The translations under genes and the position numbers were made by a program. A stretch of 64,000 bases of DNA from an uncultured cyanobacterium (GTDB lineage: Bacteria > Cyanobacteriota > Cyanobacteriia > Cyanobacteriales > Nostocaceae): positions 5,248,001 to 5,312,000 of the forward strand of contig OY970166.1 of NCBI GenBank assembly GCA_963706595.1, written 5' to 3'. This document shows, piece after piece, positions 1-10,503 of this stretch (positions are counted from its first letter, which is position 1; the number at the start of each line of letters is the position of its first letter). The notes beneath the pieces were generated by a model. It saw only the letters and a program-made list of their open reading frames with translations, ran no database searches and was not told the origin of the DNA.

Positions 1-1
1 T

Positions 2-538
2 ACCTCATCGAAAGGATGGAGTAGTTGGCAAGAAAATCTGATTCTGATCGCGATCGCCTTATGTTTAGCTATCCTGATTAGAACATTTATCGCCGAACCT
101 CGTTATATACCCTCAGACTCCATGCTACCAACCTTACACACAGGCGATCGCTTGGTGATAGAAAAAGTCTCATATCGTTTTCACCCTCCCGCAGCTAGAG
201 ATATTATCGTTTTTCAGCCTCCCGCAGAACTGCAACGCCGGGGATATCCCTCAGACCAAGCCTTTATTAAGCGCGTCATTGGTCTCCCTGGTCAAATACT
301 CAAAGTCACTAACGGCAAAGTTTACCTGAACGGTGAAGCTTTAGAAGAAAACTACATCGCCGAACCTCCAAATCAGCCATTTCCCGCCGTCCAAGTCCCA
401 GAAGAGCAATTTTTTGTCATGGGAGATAACCGCAACGATAGCAACGACTCTCGCTACTGGGGGTTTTTACCGAGACAAAATATCATCGGTCGGGCTGCAT
501 TTCGCTTTTGGCCTCCTGATCGCATTGGCTTTATTTAG
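2..538 (+). CDS. lepB: Signal peptidase I (5' end lies outside the window)
   Basis: Frame is open from position 2 (TSSKGWSSWQENLILIAIALCLAILIRTFIAEPRYIPSDSM). It has the catalytic Ser box PSDSM, the Lys box FIKRVIG and GDNRNDSNDSR. Confidence 0.95.
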   Translation, partial: TSSKGWSSWQENLILIAIALCLAILIRTFIAEPRYIPSDSMLPTLHTGDRLVIEKVSYRFHPPAARDIIVFQPPAELQRRGYPSDQAFIKRVIGLPGQILKVTNGKVYLNGEALEENYIAEPPNQPFPAVQVPEEQFFVMGDNRNDSNDSRYWGFLPRQNIIGRAAFRFWPPDRIGFI

Positions 539-579
539 ACTCCCGTTTTGCGCCGAATTCTCCCCTCTCCTTGCTAAGG

Positions 580-734
580 CTACAGTGTACACACATCCTG
601 ACCCAAAGAGAGTTTCCAGCCCTAAAAACAAGATTTAATCAGAAATCTTGTTCCCCTCCTCGCTTGCGGGGAGGGGCTAGGGGTGGGGTTTTATGACGCA
701 AAAGAGAATTTCCTGACTTGTGTGTACACCGTAG
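580..734. mobile_element. 155-bp MITE (Nezha-like) with terminal inverted repeats and an 11-bp target duplication
   Basis: Ends CTACAGTGTACACACA (580-595) and TGTGTGTACACCGTAG (719-734). Direct repeat CCTTGCTAAGG at 569-579 and 735-745. Confidence 0.85.
651..690. repeat. Dispersed G/C-rich palindromic repeat, copy 1, nested inside the MITE
   Basis: TCCCCTCCTCGCTTGCGGGGAGGGGCTAGGGGTGGGGTT. Near-identical copies at 55811-55849 and, inverted, at 46079-46117. Confidence 0.85.
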
Positions 735-776
735 CCTTGCTAAGGAGAGGGGTTGGGGGTGAGGTTGGTGGTTGTA

Positions 777-1307
777 TCAAAACCTGAGAAAATACATCAG
801 CTGGGCAATCGCCTCCCCCGATAGATCCAACCGTCGCCCGAAATCGGCCAAATTCCGGTAACTCCCAGCTGATAGCCGATTTTGGATGACAGCTTCAGCC
901 AGAGACACATCCATAAAAGGAATTTTAACTAATTGCTCAATTGTCGCAGTATTCGGGTTAACTAACTGATTCGGAGCATCCAAAGATTCATTGTCATAAT
1001 AAATAAAATTGAGTAGCGGCTGTAATGGTGCTAATCGCTGAGTTGGTATAGTTAAAGCCGCAGCAATATCTTCAATACAGTAAAATTTAACACCAGAGCG
1101 GGAAAGTTCCACAAGCGATCGCGCTTGGTGAATTGACAACCCAGGTAGCCGTAACCAATCATCTACAGTCGCCTGATTAGCATCAATTTGAATACCCAAT
1201 TTAATCGCTAGCTGAATTTCCTCCCCAGACTGTAAGCGATAATAAGGGTCATTCAGGAGTTTGGCACGGAGTTTTTGCAACTTGGGGTTTAAAGGTAGCC
1301 AATTCAT
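777..1307 (-). CDS. ComEA-like helix-hairpin-helix DNA-binding protein
   Basis: Two HhH repeats: IDANQATVDDWLRLPGLS and VNPNTATIEQLVKIPFM. Confidence 0.8.
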   Translation of the reverse strand: MNWLPLNPKLQKLRAKLLNDPYYRLQSGEEIQLAIKLGIQIDANQATVDDWLRLPGLSIHQARSLVELSRSGVKFYCIEDIAAALTIPTQRLAPLQPLLNFIYYDNESLDAPNQLVNPNTATIEQLVKIPFMDVSLAEAVIQNRLSAGSYRNLADFGRRLDLSGEAIAQLMYFLRF

Positions 1308-1320
1308 ATTTTTGCGGACA

Positions 1321-1704
1321 TCAAGAAATTTGGTCTAGCAGCTGGCGGCGCTTTTGCTCAAATTCGTACTCAGAAATCAATCCATCTTGGCGCAGAATAT
1401 CTAACTCTCGCACAGCTTTAGCGATCGCTTCCACCTGATTCCCTGTTTGCGGCGAGTTCCTCACGGCTGACTTACCCAAATTAAAATGACGATCAAAAGC
1501 CGCTTCATCTTGCGCCAAATACCAAACTCCCTCAATAGCACTAGCTACCTTGGGGATAGGTGTCCAGGAAAGCAACACATACAACACACCCCACAACGGC
1601 TGACCCAAATAAAACTTATGTAACCCTGAAATAGTCAGCGTCCCGGATAAAGCTAAAATTGCCGCAATACTGCGACTTTTGCGTTTAGTCAACATATTCC
1701 CCAT
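1321..1704 (-). CDS. TM2/NINE-domain membrane protein with C-terminal SHOCT domain
   Basis: GLHKFYLGQ TM2 motif; C-terminal LRQDGLISEYEFEQKRRQLL. Confidence 0.8.
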   Translation of the reverse strand: MGNMLTKRKSRSIAAILALSGTLTISGLHKFYLGQPLWGVLYVLLSWTPIPKVASAIEGVWYLAQDEAAFDRHFNLGKSAVRNSPQTGNQVEAIAKAVRELDILRQDGLISEYEFEQKRRQLLDQIS

Positions 1705-1787
1705 TCACCTACCACTACCATAATTTCTACAATAAAACAGCAACTGCCGCAAAACACCAACCTTGGTGTTAATTCCCTGACTCTTCC

Positions 1788-1843
1788 CCCCACTCCCCAC
1801 TCCCCACTCCCCACTCCCCACTCCCCACTCCCCACTCCCCACT
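1788..1843. repeat. STRR-type heptamer tandem repeat (CCCCACT)x8
   Basis: Eight perfect copies read directly. Confidence 0.95.
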
Positions 1844-1864
1844 CCCTACGCAAGCTATCAAAAA

Positions 1865-2380
1865 TCAAAGCGGATTACTATATTTCAGAATTATGTCTGA
1901 TAACTCATGTGTTTTCCCTGGGCAGATATCAACAGCCTCACCCAATTTGACAAATCCATAATTTTCATAAAATGATCTAGCTGCCAAATTATCGTAATTG
2001 GTAAAAACCCAAATTTCCTGAAATTGAAAACTGTGGGCATATTCCTTTAACCTATCCAGCATAATTGTTCCCCAACCTTGTCTGCGGAAGTTTGGCCGCA
2101 AACCAAACCATCCCATCCACACAACATTACAAGGACTATCAATTAGTTGATAAAGACCCATCACACCAATTGATTCTGCTGCTAGTTTAGCAATATATAC
2201 CTGCCAAAAACCAATTGATTGATCACGCTGGCCAATACCACACCAACTCAGCATAGCTAAACTAAACTGATCTCCAAATTCCAACTCTTTTAAAAGTGGA
2301 ATAAAATCTTCAACATCTGTTGTTTGGATTATACTCAGAGCTTGATTATTCAACATATCATTTATTACACTCACCTGCAA
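1865..2380 (-). CDS. GNAT-family N-acetyltransferase
   Basis: LRPNFRRQGWGT acetyl-CoA motif; NLAARSFYENYGF. Confidence 0.85.
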   Translation of the reverse strand: MQVSVINDMLNNQALSIIQTTDVEDFIPLLKELEFGDQFSLAMLSWCGIGQRDQSIGFWQVYIAKLAAESIGVMGLYQLIDSPCNVVWMGWFGLRPNFRRQGWGTIMLDRLKEYAHSFQFQEIWVFTNYDNLAARSFYENYGFVKLGEAVDICPGKTHELSDIILKYSNPL

Positions 2381-2446
2381 AATGCTGTAGGATAAAAAGG
2401 ACTAAAGTCCTGACTACAAACCACTGATGATGAATTAAATAATTAA

Positions 2447-4255
2447 CTAAGTAATTGCGGAAAAGACAACCCGAAAACCTGGATTTCTCAAACTACCATC
2501 GGAGTCATCCCAACTACGGCTAGCACTACGACAAAGTTCTGCACTATAACGCCAAGAACCGCCACGTAATAGCCGACGGTACAATTCACCCTCAATTTCC
2601 CAGGCGCTACCATCGGCAGGTGCGCCCCGATAATTATTATGCCAAGTATCAGCACACCACTCCCAAACTAGCCCGTGCATATCATATAATCCGAAGGCAT
2701 TGGCAATCTTAAAACTACCAACATCGGTTGTTTCTTTACGGCTACAATTAACTAAATCAGTGGTAATCATTTCGCCAAAGTGGAAAGATGTCGTAGTTCC
2801 GGCGCGACAAGCATATTCCCATTCAGATTCGCTGGGTAAACGATATTCACGTCCAGTTTTTTCTGAGAGTCTGGCGCAAAACTCCACAGCTTCATCCCAA
2901 GATACACTTTCTACTGGAAGATTAGAACCTTTAAATTTAGAGGGATGAGTATTTAACCGTTGTTTGATTTGAGGTAAAGCAGCTACGGCTCTCCATTGAG
3001 CTTGAGTTATGGGATATTTACCCATAAAGAATGGTTGAAGAATCACTTCATGTTGAGGACGTTCATCAGCATCTCCTTCAAACTCTGGCGAACCCATCAT
3101 GAAACTACCGCCGGGAATTGACACCATTTCCAGTGTTACTGCTTGGTTCAATTTTTCGGCAAAAAATTTGGCTGTCAGGAAATCGCGGTTAACTTCTCTC
3201 CCGGCTGTATCTACTGTAACTACTTCAAATTTAAAGGTTTCCAAGGGAGGTAATGGAGGTGCGACTTTCTTTGCTGGTGGTAATTTGATTAATACAGCCG
3301 GAATTTCTGGTATTTTTGGTTCAAAAGCTGTTTTTTTGAGAGAGTTTAAATCATTAATCACATCTGTTGCTGTTTGATATCTTTCACTAGCTAAATGTTT
3401 TAATAATTTATTTAAAATTTGGCTTAATTCATCGCTAATAGTAATGCCTTTTTTTTGCAATTCTTCTTGCCATAACCAATTACCATTCATGGCATCATAA
3501 AGAGGATCATTGATTTCTCCATAAGTATTTTGTAATGGTAAACATTGCGTTAACAAACGCACGCAAGTTACACCCAAAGCATATAAATCACTCCCATGAC
3601 AAGGAAATCCCGCCATTTGTTCAGATGGCGCATAACCAATGGTATAAATGACCGTAGCTTGTCTCGCTAAAGTTGTTTGTGTTACCTGTTTAGCACCGCC
3701 GAAGTCAATTAATACTGGTTTACCGTCACTGTCACGGCGAATAATATTTTCTGGTTTGATATCTCGATGAATAACGTTAGCCGCATGAACAAATTGCAGA
3801 ACTGGTAATAAATCAGTTAAGAGTTGATAAATTTGCTTTTCAGTAAAAGCTTGTTTCTTCACTTCTTGCAGAAGAGTTAGCCCTTCGATAAATTCTTGGA
3901 CAAGATACAAGCTGGAACCTTGTTCAAAATAAGCTAATAATCTGGGAATTTGAGTGTGATTTTCTCCCAGTTCATATAACCGAAATGCCTCTTCTCTGAA
4001 AAATTCGGCGGCTTTATTGCGTTGAATTGTTCCTTGAACTTGCGGGAAAAATTGTTTGATAACACAAGGCGCATTCAGTCTATCTGCGTCTTGTGTTGCA
4101 TAAGTTCGACTAAATCCACCTTCACCTAAAAGCCTCAATACGCGATAGCGATTTCTCAGGAATTTGCCAAAGTTGCTTTGTCCGCAACTCATGCAAAATA
4201 TATTCCCTTCAGGGTTGAATGGATTCGAGCAATTGGGATTTTGGCAAATTTGCAT
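2447..4255 (-). CDS. Ser/Thr protein kinase with N-terminal 4-Cys motif and C-terminal FGE-sulfatase (SUMF1) domain
   Basis: LGEGGF, HRDIKPEN and DFG kinase motifs; RLPSESEWEYACR, NAFGLYDMHG, RGGSW and GFRVV FGE motifs. Confidence 0.92.
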   Translation of the reverse strand: MQICQNPNCSNPFNPEGNIFCMSCGQSNFGKFLRNRYRVLRLLGEGGFSRTYATQDADRLNAPCVIKQFFPQVQGTIQRNKAAEFFREEAFRLYELGENHTQIPRLLAYFEQGSSLYLVQEFIEGLTLLQEVKKQAFTEKQIYQLLTDLLPVLQFVHAANVIHRDIKPENIIRRDSDGKPVLIDFGGAKQVTQTTLARQATVIYTIGYAPSEQMAGFPCHGSDLYALGVTCVRLLTQCLPLQNTYGEINDPLYDAMNGNWLWQEELQKKGITISDELSQILNKLLKHLASERYQTATDVINDLNSLKKTAFEPKIPEIPAVLIKLPPAKKVAPPLPPLETFKFEVVTVDTAGREVNRDFLTAKFFAEKLNQAVTLEMVSIPGGSFMMGSPEFEGDADERPQHEVILQPFFMGKYPITQAQWRAVAALPQIKQRLNTHPSKFKGSNLPVESVSWDEAVEFCARLSEKTGREYRLPSESEWEYACRAGTTTSFHFGEMITTDLVNCSRKETTDVGSFKIANAFGLYDMHGLVWEWCADTWHNNYRGAPADGSAWEIEGELYRRLLRGGSWRYSAELCRSASRSWDDSDGSLRNPGFRVVFSAIT

Positions 4256-4531
4256 AATGAGGAGGAAATAGCATCTTATCCAAACTTCGCCCCAATAATA
4301 TCAAATTCAGAATACATATATAGACAAATAAACCTGAACAAAGCAGCATCTGCATATATACTAGTAGGGATAAATACAAATGCAGAAATTTAACTTATTT
4401 TTCTGTTCTGGCTACTATTTAAATACGAGGACTTCTGAGATTATATATTTTGATCACAATCAAAATAATATTGTGAAACTCTTGAGTTTGTCAAGTATAT
4501 TGATCTATGTTAATTCTGCACATCATCCCAA

Positions 4532-5329
4532 TTATTTATTGTGATCAAAAGCACGTATTAATTCGGCTATAAAGGCCACAATTGCAGATACTGTAATCAG
4601 GAGAACACTCAGCGCATTCATATCAGGCTGGACTCCTATTCTAATGCGACTAAAAATTTCTATGGGTAAGGTGTTAGAACCGCTACCTGATGTGAAACTG
4701 GCAATGAGAAAGTCATCTAAACTCAGCACAAAAGCTAGCAGACAACCAGCGATAATACCGGGCATTAACTGAGGTAGCAATACTTGTATAAATGCTTGTA
4801 TTGGTGTAGCGCCTAAATCTAGTGCTGCTTCTTCTAAGTGGGGGTCTAAATTTGTCAGTCTTGAAGAAACTACAACTGCGATATAAGCTAGGCAAAATAC
4901 GATATGTGCGCCAATAATTGTCCATAAACTCAAGGGGATGGCAAAGGCTGCGAGAAAAACTAAAGTAGCTACTGCGATCGCAATATCTGGAATAATCAAC
5001 GGTAGGTAAGAAATACCCCGATACAAGTTCTTACCCAAAAACTGATAACGTGCCAATCCTACCGCCATTAAGGTTCCCAATACAGATGAAATACCCACGG
5101 CACAAAAGGCAACTATCAAACTATTTTTCAAAGCTGATAAAATTCGCTCGTCGCTGAATAATTTGTAGTACCAATCGAGGGTGAAACCTTGCCAAGTTGC
5201 ACTATAGGGCGACTGGTTGAAGCTATAAAAGCCCAATACCAGTATAGGTAAATACATAAACACAGATAAAATTACTGTGAAAACCGCCTGCCAGGAGACA
5301 CGCGGTTTTTTTGATGAAGAAATATGCAC
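4532..5329 (-). CDS. potC: Spermidine/putrescine ABC transporter permease
   Basis: EAA motif LEEAALDLGA, FVLSLDDF and six TM segments. Confidence 0.85.
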   Translation of the reverse strand: MHISSSKKPRVSWQAVFTVILSVFMYLPILVLGFYSFNQSPYSATWQGFTLDWYYKLFSDERILSALKNSLIVAFCAVGISSVLGTLMAVGLARYQFLGKNLYRGISYLPLIIPDIAIAVATLVFLAAFAIPLSLWTIIGAHIVFCLAYIAVVVSSRLTNLDPHLEEAALDLGATPIQAFIQVLLPQLMPGIIAGCLLAFVLSLDDFLIASFTSGSGSNTLPIEIFSRIRIGVQPDMNALSVLLITVSAIVAFIAELIRAFDHNK

Positions 5330-5821
5330 GTTGATGATATTTGGGATTTTTTATAACTGATGAACGTGTTATATGTAACTTAAAAATTGAAAATTGTCAA
5401 TATTGGAGAATGGGAAGTGGGGAAGTGTAAAATAATCCTTCTTGAGAGGAATATCTTTTATAGCCCTCTTACTATGGAGTGAGAGAGGCAAAATGATAGC
5501 CTAGCAAAAACATCCTAAAAATTTGTCTCCATAAATTTAATTTTGCCGGAAAATTGCCCAATTTAAGCAACATTTCCGATAAAATTCTCAGAAATATATT
5601 TGCTCATATTTTAATTATCTAGAATCGAGTTTATTTCCTGTCCTCAGCAATATTTCCCTACAAAGGTAGAAACGAAATCTAGGCTATGGGCAATATAATT
5701 TGAATGAAAGTGTTTATTAAATTGGTATTGAATTGGATTTAAAAGTGCTAATTGCATCGTTCCCAGGCACTGCTAAAACAGCCAAGTAATATCTCGTTTA
5801 AGCTTATTTTTTAGGAGTTGT

Positions 5822-6910
5822 GTGATGCGAATTGCTCAGATTGCCCCATTATTCGAGAGAGTACCACCTCCAGCTTATGGGGGTATAGAGTTAGTTGTAG
5901 GGTTACTAACTGATGAATTAGTCCGACGGGGACATGAAGTGACGCTATTTGCTTCAGGAGATTCTATTAGTTTGGCAAAACTAGTATCAGTTCATCCCCG
6001 TGCTTTACGACTCGATCCTGATGTCAAGGAACACAATATCTATGAAATGCTACAACTAGGCTTTGTCTATGAACGGGCTGAGGAATTTGACATTATTCAT
6101 TCCCATGTGTGCTGTGCGGCGCTACCTTATGCAAATCTGATTAAAACACCCACAGTTCACACTCTGCACGGTATTTTTACCCCTGATAATGAAAAGATGT
6201 TTCAATACGCTAAACATCAACCTTTTGTGAGTATTTCCAACGCTCAGAGGGAACTCAGGTTAGGGTTAAACTATGTATCAACGGTTTACAATGGGATTGA
6301 TGTTGACAGTTATATATTTCATCCCCAACCTGATAATCCGCCATACTTGGCGTTTTTAGGGCGGATATCTCCAGAGAAAGGGACACACCTTGCGATCGCC
6401 ATTGCTAAACAAACAGGTTATCATTTGAAAATTGCCGGCAAAGTAGATGTGGTTGACCGAGAATACTTTGAGCAAGAAGTCAAGCCCCACATTGATGGTC
6501 AGCAAATTGAATATTTAGGTGAAGCGAATCATATCCAAAAAAACGCCCTGATGGGAGGTGCTGTGGCAACTCTTTTTCCCATCACTTGGCGCGAGCCTTT
6601 TGGCTTAGTTATGGTAGAATCAATGGCAGCAGGTACACCCGTGATTGCCATGAAACTAGGGTCTACTGTTGAGATAATTAAACACGGAAAAACGGGTTTT
6701 CTTTGTAATAATGTTGAAGATTTTATTAGTGCTATTGACCAGGTAACACAGTTAGACCGCTCTGTTTGCCGAGAGTATGTCAATAATTATTTTAGTCTGC
6801 AACAGATGACTGATGGTTATGAGGCTGTTTATCAGCAAATTATTCAAGCACAAGCTGCTAAAAATGCTCATATCCCGGATGTGGTGAGTCTAGGTATAAG
6901 CCTAGGTTAA
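5822..6910 (+). CDS. Glycosyltransferase family 4
   Basis: RIAQIAP..ERVPPPAYGGIE; EPFGLVMVESMAAGTPVI. Confidence 0.9.
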   Translation: MMRIAQIAPLFERVPPPAYGGIELVVGLLTDELVRRGHEVTLFASGDSISLAKLVSVHPRALRLDPDVKEHNIYEMLQLGFVYERAEEFDIIHSHVCCAALPYANLIKTPTVHTLHGIFTPDNEKMFQYAKHQPFVSISNAQRELRLGLNYVSTVYNGIDVDSYIFHPQPDNPPYLAFLGRISPEKGTHLAIAIAKQTGYHLKIAGKVDVVDREYFEQEVKPHIDGQQIEYLGEANHIQKNALMGGAVATLFPITWREPFGLVMVESMAAGTPVIAMKLGSTVEIIKHGKTGFLCNNVEDFISAIDQVTQLDRSVCREYVNNYFSLQQMTDGYEAVYQQIIQAQAAKNAHIPDVVSLGISLG

Positions 6911-6925
6911 GTGGTTTCGTTGAAC

Positions 6926-6961
6926 CAAGAATCCCCGTCGATTTATCGCGGGGAGTGTCAA
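6926..6961 (+). mobile_element. Orphan IS200/IS605/IS607-type right-end hairpin
   Basis: AAGAATCCCCG-TCGATTTATCG-CGGGGAGTGTCAA: a subterminal hairpin ending in TCAA. No transposase or tnpB nearby. Confidence 0.6.
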
Positions 6962-6990
6962 GAACAGAGCAAACCAATGGCCTCATGCTG

Positions 6991-7725
6991 CTATTGTTCC
7001 TGTAATTGTCCGTCTTCTATGTTAACAATACGATCAGCTATGTATAAAATACGGTCATCGTGAGTTACCAACAACACAGAACAACCTTCTTCTTTAGCAA
7101 GACGCTGAACAATATCAATCACATCCCGCCCAGTTTTACTATCTAATGATGCAGTGGGTTCGTCTGCCAAAATTAACTTAGGTTGAGCAACTAAAGCGCG
7201 CGCGATCGCTACTCGTTGCTTTTGTCCCCCTGATAATTTTTTTGGGTAATAGTCTATGTGATCGCTTAATCCGACTGCATCTAAAATAGCTACAGCCCTT
7301 TGTCGATATTCATGTTTGGGAATTTCTGGGTGCAATTTCAACGACATCCGCACATTACCATAAGCAGTTAAGCATTTAAGTAAGTTGTGATGTTGAAAGA
7401 TAAAGCCAATTTGGTTGCGTATTTGTGTTAACTGCTTTTGATTACAACTTTTGAGTTCTTGATTGAACAGTTTTAAGCTTCCTGACTGTACTGAACGCAA
7501 ACCACCAATCAATGACAGTAAAGTTGTCTTACCGCTACCGGAATGGCCTGTAAGAATTACAATTTCTCCTGGGTAAATTACCAAATCTATATCAGTTAAG
7601 ACAGCTTTGCGTAATATTCCTTGTCCAAAAGCATGGTTAAGCTTGGTAACGCTAATAGTAGCTGAGGGAATCATAGAAGTTTTCATTCTCGATTTAAAAT
7701 TTTGGGCGTTGCATAATTTCAGCAA
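6991..7725 (-). CDS. devA: DevA-family ABC exporter ATP-binding subunit
   Basis: GHSGSGKTT, LSGGQKQRVAIARAL, LADEPT; in an operon with DevC and DevB homologues. Confidence 0.9.
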   Translation of the reverse strand: MLKLCNAQNFKSRMKTSMIPSATISVTKLNHAFGQGILRKAVLTDIDLVIYPGEIVILTGHSGSGKTTLLSLIGGLRSVQSGSLKLFNQELKSCNQKQLTQIRNQIGFIFQHHNLLKCLTAYGNVRMSLKLHPEIPKHEYRQRAVAILDAVGLSDHIDYYPKKLSGGQKQRVAIARALVAQPKLILADEPTASLDSKTGRDVIDIVQRLAKEEGCSVLLVTHDDRILYIADRIVNIEDGQLQEQ

Positions 7726-7830
7726 AAGCCTTATTTACTGGAGTTTCCTTAAAGTAATACCTTTGTATTATTAAAGGCGATGCCTGCGGCGAGCGTAGCG
7801 GTCGCTGTGCCAGTTGCATAAGTCCTGTGT

Positions 7831-9051
7831 TTAAAAAACATCGGCGGGATCAGCACTACGGAGTTTATTCGTGGCGATCGCACCGGAAATGCTACACATG
7901 ATAATAGTTAAAACAAATACCTGGATTGCTACACTTGCCTTCATAGTTAAGGGAATACGTGTAAGTGTTACCAATAATTCATAAATACCTAATGAGGCTA
8001 AGAAGCCAGGGACAAATCCCATTACCCCAAGAATGATCGCTTCTTGTAAAATTACCATCAGTAGTGAGCGATCGCTATAACCCATAGCTTTGAGAGTGGC
8101 ATATTCTGGCAAATGATCGCTGACATCAGAATAGAGAACTTGATATAAAATAATCACCCCAACCACAAAACCAACAATCGTACCAAATTTGAGAATTATC
8201 CCCTCTGGCTGGGAAGCGTAAAACTGTTGTTCCCGTTGAATTAACTCCTTGTGGTTAAACACACTTACATCTGAGGGGAGATGTTGACGTAATTTTGCTT
8301 GCACAGTGTTAATATTTGCACCTGTTTTCAGGCTGACAACTCCCAGCGTGACTGAGTTGAGGCTATTTTGCCCATTCTTGAGAGCATAGTTCCAGTCACT
8401 CATAATGACATTACCTTTATCATTCATCGTGCTACCCATGCTAAAAAGTCCCATGACATAGGTGCGTTGATTTTCCATGAGAGTGACTAACTCTTGTTGC
8501 TGAGTGAATAATTGCTCAATGTCTCCTAAAGAAGCTTGAGAGAGACGGTCAAATAAAACTGCATCTGGGGCATTTAATTTGGAAAGTTGCTGTTTGATTT
8601 CCGGTGATTTCAATACAAAAGATTGAGTAGGGTTGAAGGCAATCACCCGAACTTCATTACCAAAAGAACCTCTTCTGCGTGTAATTTTTTGTTGATAATT
8701 TATGGGCTGAGATAACTGGTTAGGGTTTACCCAATTAGCTCGACTGAGATAAACTGGTGCCACAGCCTTTACGCCACTTACCGAAGCTGCTTGATAAAGA
8801 TAAGCACGAGGAAAAGAAATTCTAAACTCTAAACTCGGGCTAAATGTAGAGACTAAAATTAATTCTCCGCCTAAAGTTTCATGTAGTTTGGTGGTTCCCT
8901 CAGTGAGCATAGCTAAAAGTCCCATCTGAGAAAACATCAGAATATTAGCAAAACATACACCTGTAGTTGCTACAAGTAAGCGTACCTTTTGATGGGATAA
9001 TTGCGCCCAAGCTAGAGGAGTTTCTAATCCGAGATTTTTCAGAATTTTCAT
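7831..9051 (-). CDS. devC: DevC-family ABC exporter permease (FtsX-like)
   Basis: TPLAWAQL N-terminus, EYATLKAMGY and C-terminal ADPADVF. Confidence 0.9.
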   Translation of the reverse strand: MKILKNLGLETPLAWAQLSHQKVRLLVATTGVCFANILMFSQMGLLAMLTEGTTKLHETLGGELILVSTFSPSLEFRISFPRAYLYQAASVSGVKAVAPVYLSRANWVNPNQLSQPINYQQKITRRRGSFGNEVRVIAFNPTQSFVLKSPEIKQQLSKLNAPDAVLFDRLSQASLGDIEQLFTQQQELVTLMENQRTYVMGLFSMGSTMNDKGNVIMSDWNYALKNGQNSLNSVTLGVVSLKTGANINTVQAKLRQHLPSDVSVFNHKELIQREQQFYASQPEGIILKFGTIVGFVVGVIILYQVLYSDVSDHLPEYATLKAMGYSDRSLLMVILQEAIILGVMGFVPGFLASLGIYELLVTLTRIPLTMKASVAIQVFVLTIIMCSISGAIATNKLRSADPADVF

Positions 9052-9058
9052 GATATTT

Positions 9059-10246
9059 TCAAAAATTAATCTTCACTCGTACTTGCATCCCAGTTAAAGT
9101 CGCCACTTTGGGACTATCTTGGGGAGCAATGCGAATTTTAGCTTCCACTACTCGTGCATTTACATCATTTGTTGGGTTATTTTGGTCTTGACTGAGGCGG
9201 TTTTTCCCGATTTGCAAACTAATTTGAGTCACTATACCCCGTAGTTCGCCACTAAAGCCTCCGTACTCACTAGTGATAGTCGCTTTTTGTCCTAACTTTA
9301 CTTTGCCAATATCAGCTTCGTAGATTTCTGCGATTACATACATTTGTTTTGTTTGTCCCAATTCGGCGATTCCTTGTTGGGTGTTTACCTGTTCGCCAAC
9401 GCGAGTATTGATGCGTAAAATTTGCCCAGCTACAGGAACTTGGACTTGCGTGTCTTCTAATTGTGCTTTGCTCTGTTCTACTTGAATTTGGGCTTGTTGG
9501 AGTTCCGCTTTAGCGATTTCTATATCAACTGGCCGTACTTCTTGTAAACTTTTGAGATTAGCTTCTTCTTTAGCCAGTTGGGCTTTTAAGGTGGTGTTGG
9601 TATTTTCTAATTCGGCTTGATTTTGTGCAACAATTGCTTTAGCTATTTCAAATTGCTCTTGAGCGTCGTCTAATTCAGAACGTCGGATAGCTCCTTCCTT
9701 AGCTAATGTCAGAGAACGTTGGTATTTTAGTTCAGCATTACGCATTGTTGCTTGGGATCGAACGATAGCTGCTTGTTTTTGTTTCTTTTCAGTGCGTAAC
9801 TTAGCTGCTAATTCTACAAGCACTGCCTTTTGAGCTATGATTTCTCCCTGTTTAGAATCTCCTTGTTGAATTTTACGCAGTTGTGCGCGTTTAATTGCAA
9901 CATTCGCTTGTGCTTGTCTTAGTTGCTGCTCAACTTTATTTTGTCCTTGCAAAATAGCAATTACTTGATTGGCTTGTACAAAATCGCCTTCTTTCACCAA
10001 AAGTTCGTTCACACGACTATCTTGAGCATTCACCACAGAAATTTTAATCACGCCCCCTTCAGGAATTAACTTACCTAGAGCTACTACTAGAGAGGAGGTA
10101 GCAACTTTAGTTGGGTTAGGAAAGTCATAAGGTTTATGTTGTGCTTGTCTGAAACTGCAAGCAGTACAAGCAATTAGAGTGAGAATCACCGTGCTAGCTA
10201 CACTTCTTTGCATTATAGAATATACGCCTTCCTGCAACTTAACCAT
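9059..10246 (-). CDS. devB: DevB-family membrane fusion protein (HlyD)
   Basis: VALGKLIPEG, long coiled coil, ARVVEAKIRI...LTGMQVRV. Confidence 0.9.
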   Translation of the reverse strand: MVKLQEGVYSIMQRSVASTVILTLIACTACSFRQAQHKPYDFPNPTKVATSSLVVALGKLIPEGGVIKISVVNAQDSRVNELLVKEGDFVQANQVIAILQGQNKVEQQLRQAQANVAIKRAQLRKIQQGDSKQGEIIAQKAVLVELAAKLRTEKKQKQAAIVRSQATMRNAELKYQRSLTLAKEGAIRRSELDDAQEQFEIAKAIVAQNQAELENTNTTLKAQLAKEEANLKSLQEVRPVDIEIAKAELQQAQIQVEQSKAQLEDTQVQVPVAGQILRINTRVGEQVNTQQGIAELGQTKQMYVIAEIYEADIGKVKLGQKATITSEYGGFSGELRGIVTQISLQIGKNRLSQDQNNPTNDVNARVVEAKIRIAPQDSPKVATLTGMQVRVKINF

Positions 10247-10503
10247 ATTGTTAGGTGGAGAGCTTAGGTTTTTCCTTAAGCCATAAATAACTTAGAGAAC
10301 AGTGCTAATTATTAGCTACAATTTGTGCTGTTGGATATTATTTACGAGCAATTATTAAATGCATTTTAATAGTTAATCCGTGCTAAGTAGGTGGGTGGAA
10401 AAACTTATAAATGTACTCAGCACTCCGTAGTAATCGCTTTGCCAGTTAGTTTATACTGTGCTTCTATTTATTATGTTCAAAAAGTGATAGAGGAGGGATA
10501 ACT

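Noticed and set aside
1788..1843. Tandem repeat as a CRISPR array
   Set aside because: It is a spacerless heptamer (STRR type). No repeat-spacer array was seen anywhere in the window.
2447..2600. Kinase-FGE C-terminus as a DGR variable region served by the RT at 51509-55057
   Set aside because: I found no template repeat or avd gene in the window. The RT is 47 kb away and has UG/Abi-like rather than DGR architecture. A remote DGR elsewhere in the genome cannot be excluded.
6991..10246. devBCA as the heterocyst glycolipid exporter
   Set aside because: Nostocales carry several paralogues, and the context points to metabolite export. The gene symbols denote family only.
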